From Chiloscyllium plagiosum (taxonomy: Eukaryota), in contig NW_025214900.1 in assembly GCF_004010195.1 (NCBI RefSeq), positions 1 through 54,414 on the forward strand: a stretch of DNA of 54,414 bases. The letters are read 5' to 3'. Below, one piece after another: positions 49,274-54,414 of this stretch. The notes under the pieces are model-generated. The model saw only the letters and a list, made by a program, of their open reading frames with translations, made no database searches and was not told the DNA's origin. A program made the position numbers and the translations under genes. Within the stretch, counting starts at the first letter, position 1; each line of letters opens with the position of its first letter.

Positions 49274-49847
49274 TTAGATTAGATTAGATCCCCTACAGTG
49301 TGGAAACAGGTCCTTTTCTGCCTCTCAGCGCCAGAGACCCGGGTTCAATTCCCGCCTCAGGCGACTGACTGTGTGGAGTTTGCACATTCTCCCCGTGTCT
49401 GCGTGGTTTCCTCCGGGTGCTCCGGTTTCCTCCCACAGTCCAAAGATGTGCAGGTCAGGTGAATTGGTCATGCTAAATTGTCCGTAGTGTTAGGTAAGGG
49501 GGAAATGTAGGGGTATGGGTGAGTTGCGCTTCGGCGGGTCGGTGTGGACTTGTTGGGCAGAAGGGCCTGTTTCCACACTGTAAAGTAATCTAATCTAATT
49601 TGGCCCAACTAGTCCACATTGACCCTCCAAAGAGTAACCCACCCAGACCTATTCCCCTTAACTAATGTACCTAATTCTACAAGCAATTTAGCATGTGGGA
49701 GGAAACTGGAGCACCCGGAGGGAAACCTATGCAGACACGGGGAGAATGTGCAAACTCCACTCAGACAGTCGCTCGAGGCTGAAAACGAACCCAGGTCCCT
49801 GGCGCTGTGAGGCAGCGGTGCTAGCCACTGTGCCACCATGCAGCCCC
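49274..49847 (-). mobile_element. HE1-type SINE (minus), split by a plus-strand HE1 SINE at 49318-49599
   Basis: Tail AGATTAGATT...GGAAACAGGTCCTT (to 49315) resumes as TGGCCCAACTAGTCCAC at 49601; inner copy ends (AATCT)n. Confidence 0.9.
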
Positions 49848-49889
49848 ATTAGAAAAATGTAACATTAGTTCATATCATGCTGAATCCCA

Positions 49890-50630
49890 AACACTTGCAG
49901 GAAATGCTGGAAAAACTCAGCCGTTCTGGCAGCATCTGTAGAGAGAAACCAAAGTTACCGTTTTGGGTCCAATGACCCTCATCTGAACTGATTGTAGCTA
50001 AAAACAAAAGTAGTACATATGCTGAAGACATACGGTGGAGAGATAAAAGAGGTAACATTGCATGGAGATGGCCGCAGAGAGAGTGGGAAAGACAACAACA
50101 GTTGAGCAGACGAAAAGATGGATAATGAGAAGCTGGGGAGAAAGAAAAGCTGCTGGTCAGGAGCATTAGTGGATGGGGACCTGCAGCCCTTAGGACTTAA
50201 TAGCAGGTTCAATAATTTTAGAGCCTAAGCCCCTCCTTTCCATGTGCTTTACACACTACCATGCCGCTGGCCCTGTCACCACATGGGTTCCTTTCATTAG
50301 TGGGTGGAAATGGGTTGGCAGTAAAGGTTCTGAGTAACAGCTTTTTTTTCTCCATGGCTCACCATCCCTTTGTCTGCCCAACTGCCAGTCTCTCTCTATG
50401 GGCTCCATCTCCACCTAAATGTTTACTCCTTTACCCCATACCCCCACCCCCACCCCTACCCCTTCCCACCAATCCCCCATCCCTTCAGCATCCTTCCCCT
50501 AGCTACAATCAATTCTGAAGGTCATGACTGGAAACTCTGCTTTCTCTCTACAGATGCTGCCAAACCTGCTGAGTTTCTCCAGCAATTTCAGTTTTTGTTT
50601 CAGATTTCTAGCATCCACGTTTTAGGTTTT
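49890..50630. mobile_element. PLE-derived element with inverted family C termini
   Basis: Left GGAAATGCTGGAAAAACTCAG...CAGCATCTGTAGAGAGAAA; right TTTCTCTCTACAGATGCTGCCAAACCTGCTGAGTTTCTCCAGCAATTTC. Confidence 0.7.
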
Positions 50631-50967
50631 CGCTCCCATTTTCCCCCGACCCACTACAGGAAGCATAAACAGCTACTGCTAGGCATTTTCCTTATATTCT
50701 GCCCAGATCAGAATACACATTTTCAAAAACTTGAGAATTTAAATCAACTACTGTGCAGCAAATCTATCTATACACCAGTGACTGGGGCCAGATTCGTGTT
50801 CTTGATCTCAACTATTATTGATCATAGCCTTGATTCTAAAAGAGGGGAGTCCACACAAATGACTGTCACTATTTATTTCTGGAAATTGTGATCTTGACTT
50901 ATATAAAAGATAAGAAAATGTTTTTGAGAGATTGTACAAGTACACCGTACTAAAACAAATATCATGA

Positions 50968-51275
50968 GGGCGGCACAGTGGTTAGCACTGCTGCCTCACA
51001 GCGCCAGAGACCCGGGTTCAATTCCCGCCTCAGGCGACTCTCTGTGTGGAGTTTGCACATTCTCCCCGTGTGTGCGTGTGTTTCCTCCGGGTGCTCCGGT
51101 TTCCTCCCACAATCCAAAACTGTGCAAGTTAGGTGAATTGACCATGCTAAATTGTCCATAGTGTTAGGCGAAGGGATAAATGTATGGGTCTGGGTGGTAT
51201 ACGCTTCGGCGGGTCAGTGTGGACTTGTTGGGCCGAAAGGGCCTGTTTCCACACTGTAAGTAATCTAATCTAATC
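50968..51275 (+). mobile_element. Near full-length HE1-type tRNA-derived V-SINE
   Basis: A box TGGTTAGCACTG, B box GGTTCAATTCC, V-domain-like core, CR1-like 3' end GGGCCTGTTTCCACACTGTA and (AATCT)n; possible ATCATG TSD (50961-50966, 51273-51278). Confidence 0.93.
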
Positions 51276-51299
51276 ATGTTAGCAGATTTGAAACGTTTA

Positions 51300-53480
51300 C
51301 ACCAATTCTGCGATATGTTTGGTGTCAGTGGGTCCTGGTCTTTCTCTGGAATGTGCAGAGCTGCCCCGTTGCACCGACATATCCAAGCCATGTAACACTG
51401 CGACACTGCTCAGAGAGAAGGAAATCATGTGGAGTTCCCACAATGAAGTTGTAAGTCGCCTGCATTACAATGAGTACACAACATCAATAAAAGAGGCCAT
51501 CATTTCGTTTTGCAAGAAAGGAGAAGTAACTATCAGGCAGTTGTCTTATGTTGAAGGCTGGGTTTTTTTGTCTCTGTACGGTACGTCAAAAAGCAAATCT
51601 TGCTCAGCGATCTGAACAGCCTGTGATTCCCTCCGCCTGCGTGTGGCTCTGCCTCTCAGCTTCCCTATACCACACACGCACGGTCTGTGTAAGGTAGCAG
51701 CACCTCTCAGTGTGATCTGCCTCGGGCATATTTCACACTTAGGGTACTGTCTGACAGCACACAAATGCTGTAGGCTCTCTCACAAGTGACAGCAACATGC
51801 AATTTTAAAATGTCTTCACAACACAGCCACCGTGCTCACAGCGGATCGGGCTGCGCTTTGAACAAAATCTAGTTAACTGCTCCGCTTTTTCTCGAACTCC
51901 AACACCTCGCCTCACAGCACTTGTTCCTGTCGGTGTGTGTTCTTTTTTTGACAAAATGTGATACCGTTCCTTACGCACACAATGGAGCTGAAATTTATGC
52001 AGCTCAATCTCAAAATATTTCATTTCTATAGTTTAACTTTAACCAATTGTATCGACCATTCCCGGGAATTTATTTTCCAAATCTAAAACCGATATTAAGA
52101 GCGTTGATCCTCTGGGAGATAGATATACTGTATTGAAATACCACTCCAGCCAGCCTACCCCAGTCCACACCCACACGGTTTAATTTGGAAAAACATTCTC
52201 AGTTATGTGCAAGCGCTTGAACTGAAGGCAGCTTCCAAATGCCTCCGTTTAATGATCTGGAATTAGACGGGATCGTAGAACTGCCTATTTATTATTGGGA
52301 ATTACAATTTGGCATCCAAGCACCCTCAGGGGCTCGGTGATCGAGGACTTCTTCCAGCTTCCAACCATCAATAATGTCGACATCAGACTCGACACGGCGT
52401 GCACACGTTTGAATCCAACAAATTATGTTGCAATAAAACGATATTGCGTTGCATAGGTACCGTATTTTAAATTATTTAATAGTCACGAACATAACTCAGT
52501 GGAATCAGCCCTCCTGTTTCTACCAGTAGCTAGAATTTCCGCCTCTTAAAAGTAATGAAAACGCCGGACAATTTATTATCTGATTCATATCCACCAAAAC
52601 CACTTTCGGGTTGTATCCCGTGCGCATGATTTCGCCTACAGGACTTGCTAGTTTGGCTTCCTTCAGAGTCTGGATACCCATTCACGCTGGCCAAAGACAG
52701 GAGTTCAGTTAGGCCCCTGAGATTCCAGGAACTGTAATCAGTGCGGCATTCAGTACACACAGAACCGCTTAGCTGCAAACAGTTAAAGATCTTTCCAGCT
52801 GGCAGGCGCTGATCGCGTGACACATGAGAATGAAAGAGACTTCCTCAAAAAAAAACGTTTCCTTTAGCTTATAAAATGCTTTGGTTGCACCAGTATATCA
52901 GCGCTGTAGGGACTCGAGAGAAGCTTTATAGTAAGTTTACAGTTTCAAGTTTGAAATGTTTAAAAGACAATCAGTGGATGCCCCAAGCACAAAGACAAAC
53001 CTTATAACTCAGTCAGCCACATGAAAGCCTATTCCTGGTTCACACATTCACACTGCACATATTATTACTCCCACACGTTCCTACAACTTACACACACCAA
53101 CAATGGCTTACCTTCACGCATCAGCTCTCACTCTGACTCAAACACATTACACACAACGTTCCCGTCCCCCGCCCCCGCCCCTCTCGACACGACCCCACCA
53201 ACTCGCTTCGATTCATTTTCTCTCTCGACTTCTCTCTTGGTTAATGACCAACTCCCTTTCCACGGGCTTTTACAACCCAGAGCACTCTCACAAATAATCA
53301 GCCAGGTCTGACAGTCAGCAGGGTAACAATACTATGGCCTAAATCTGATCTCTTCTCATTCACCTTGCGCACAGAACGCTTTAATCAACAATTCATTTTT
53401 AGAGCGCCTTCAAACGTTGATAAACCGTACGGAGACGCTCAGGGGGGCTCTCATTGCCGAGCCCAATTAAAGAGACGTCA
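51300..53480. promoter_or_regulatory. CpG-retaining unique block with candidate TATA (52870), donor (52931) and GC boxes (53161-53181)
   Basis: TATAAAA at 52870, TCA with A at 52900, ATA|GTAAGT; tandem CCCCGCCCC. Confidence 0.4.
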
Positions 53481-54059
53481 GACAGACCAGACAAGCTTGG
53501 TCCAATCGGTTGATTTTAATGACTTAAAGCAGAAGTAGGAAGGCTCTAAGAAAAAATCCAGTGCTTAAGGCCTAGATTGCCAAACACACGACAAGCAACG
53601 ACAAGAAAGTGGGGCTGCAAGATAGACCAGAAGTGGGTAAAGATAATATTCTCCGATAATTGTCAAGTGAGCGATTTGAGTGTGAATATGCATTAAGAGG
53701 ACACTGGAGTCATAAATGGGAATGGGACAGTTACAAAAAGGCATAAGGAAATTTTGAATCGGTTTATGTTTATGGAGCTGCAAGATTAAAAGGTGGTCCA
53801 GGGGAATACTGCAATACTTAAGTCTATAGGTAACTATGCACGGTTAAGATTACAAAGAAAGGGTAGTGAGTGGTGATAGATGATCTATTTTTAAGTAATT
53901 AGGTGGAATGGCTAAGAAGGAAGATGTTAGGCCTGGTTCAGTGAGATCGTGGCCAGAGAAGAAGGAATTGTTGGCTCCGTTACAGAGATTGAGACAGCTG
54001 TCCAAAGACAATGGCTTCAATCTAAATGACACAATCATTGGACAGTTGGAGAGAGAGAG

Positions 54060-54414
54060 AAACAATAGACAATAGGTGCAGGAGCAGGCCATTCTGCCCT
54101 TCGAGCCTGCACCACCATTCAATATGATCATTGCTGATCATCCTTAATCAGTATCCTGTTCTTGCCTTATCTCCATAACCCTTGATTCCACTATCTTTGA
54201 GAGCTCTATCCAACTCTTTCTTAAATGAATCCAGAGACTGGGCCTCCACTGCCCTCTGGAGCAGAGCATTCCACACAGCCACCACTCTCTGGGTGAACAA
54301 GTTTCTCCTCATCTCTGTCCTAAATGATCTACCCCGTATTTTTAAGCTGTGTCCTCAGGTTCGGTACTCACCCATCAGCGGAAACATGTTTCCTGCCTCC
54401 AGAATGTCCAATCC
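54060..54414 (-). mobile_element. CR1-type LINE 3' end (runs off window)
   Basis: ACAATAGACAATAGGTGCAGGAGCAGGCCATTC...GCATTCCACACAGCCACCACTCTCTGGGTGAACAAGTTT (antisense CR1 tail). Confidence 0.85.

Noticed and set aside
50968..51030. tRNA-like A/B boxes
   Set aside because: Head of an HE1-type SINE, not a tRNA gene
1..54414. CRISPR arrays, prokaryotic operons, rRNA or snRNA genes, endogenous viral genes
   Set aside because: No repeat-spacer array or recognisable sequence of these kinds; the content is vertebrate repeat-rich DNA

Overview
Repeat-dominated, apparently non-coding window from a cartilaginous-fish (shark-like) genome. The taxon is inferred from HE1-type tRNA-derived SINEs and their partner CR1/HER1-type LINEs. 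There is a 697-nt assembly gap at 15103-15799. I found no recognisable cellular protein-coding gene: every ORF I can assign is a transposon fragment (CR1 RT, RTE RT, Penelope-like RT and GIY-YIG endonuclease). The main hidden structure is a dense set of Penelope-like element (PLE) derivatives from at least three sequence families. Their terminal repeats carry minimal type-I hammerhead ribozyme motifs (CUGANGA-A-stem II-GAAA-palindromic stem III-UH). They often sit as inverted hairpin pairs flanked by 11-19 bp target-site duplications (TSDs). In three separate insertions the 5' end falls within about 7 nt of the predicted ribozyme cleavage site, and one of these is a short local copy that includes flanking DNA. 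Also present are nested retroelement insertions (one with its empty site preserved in a local duplication), several CpG-rich unique blocks, and candidate TATA/Inr promoters. One of these promoters lies within a cluster of four GTCACGTG E-boxes. Repeat boundaries were read by eye and are approximate unless a TSD or junction is quoted.
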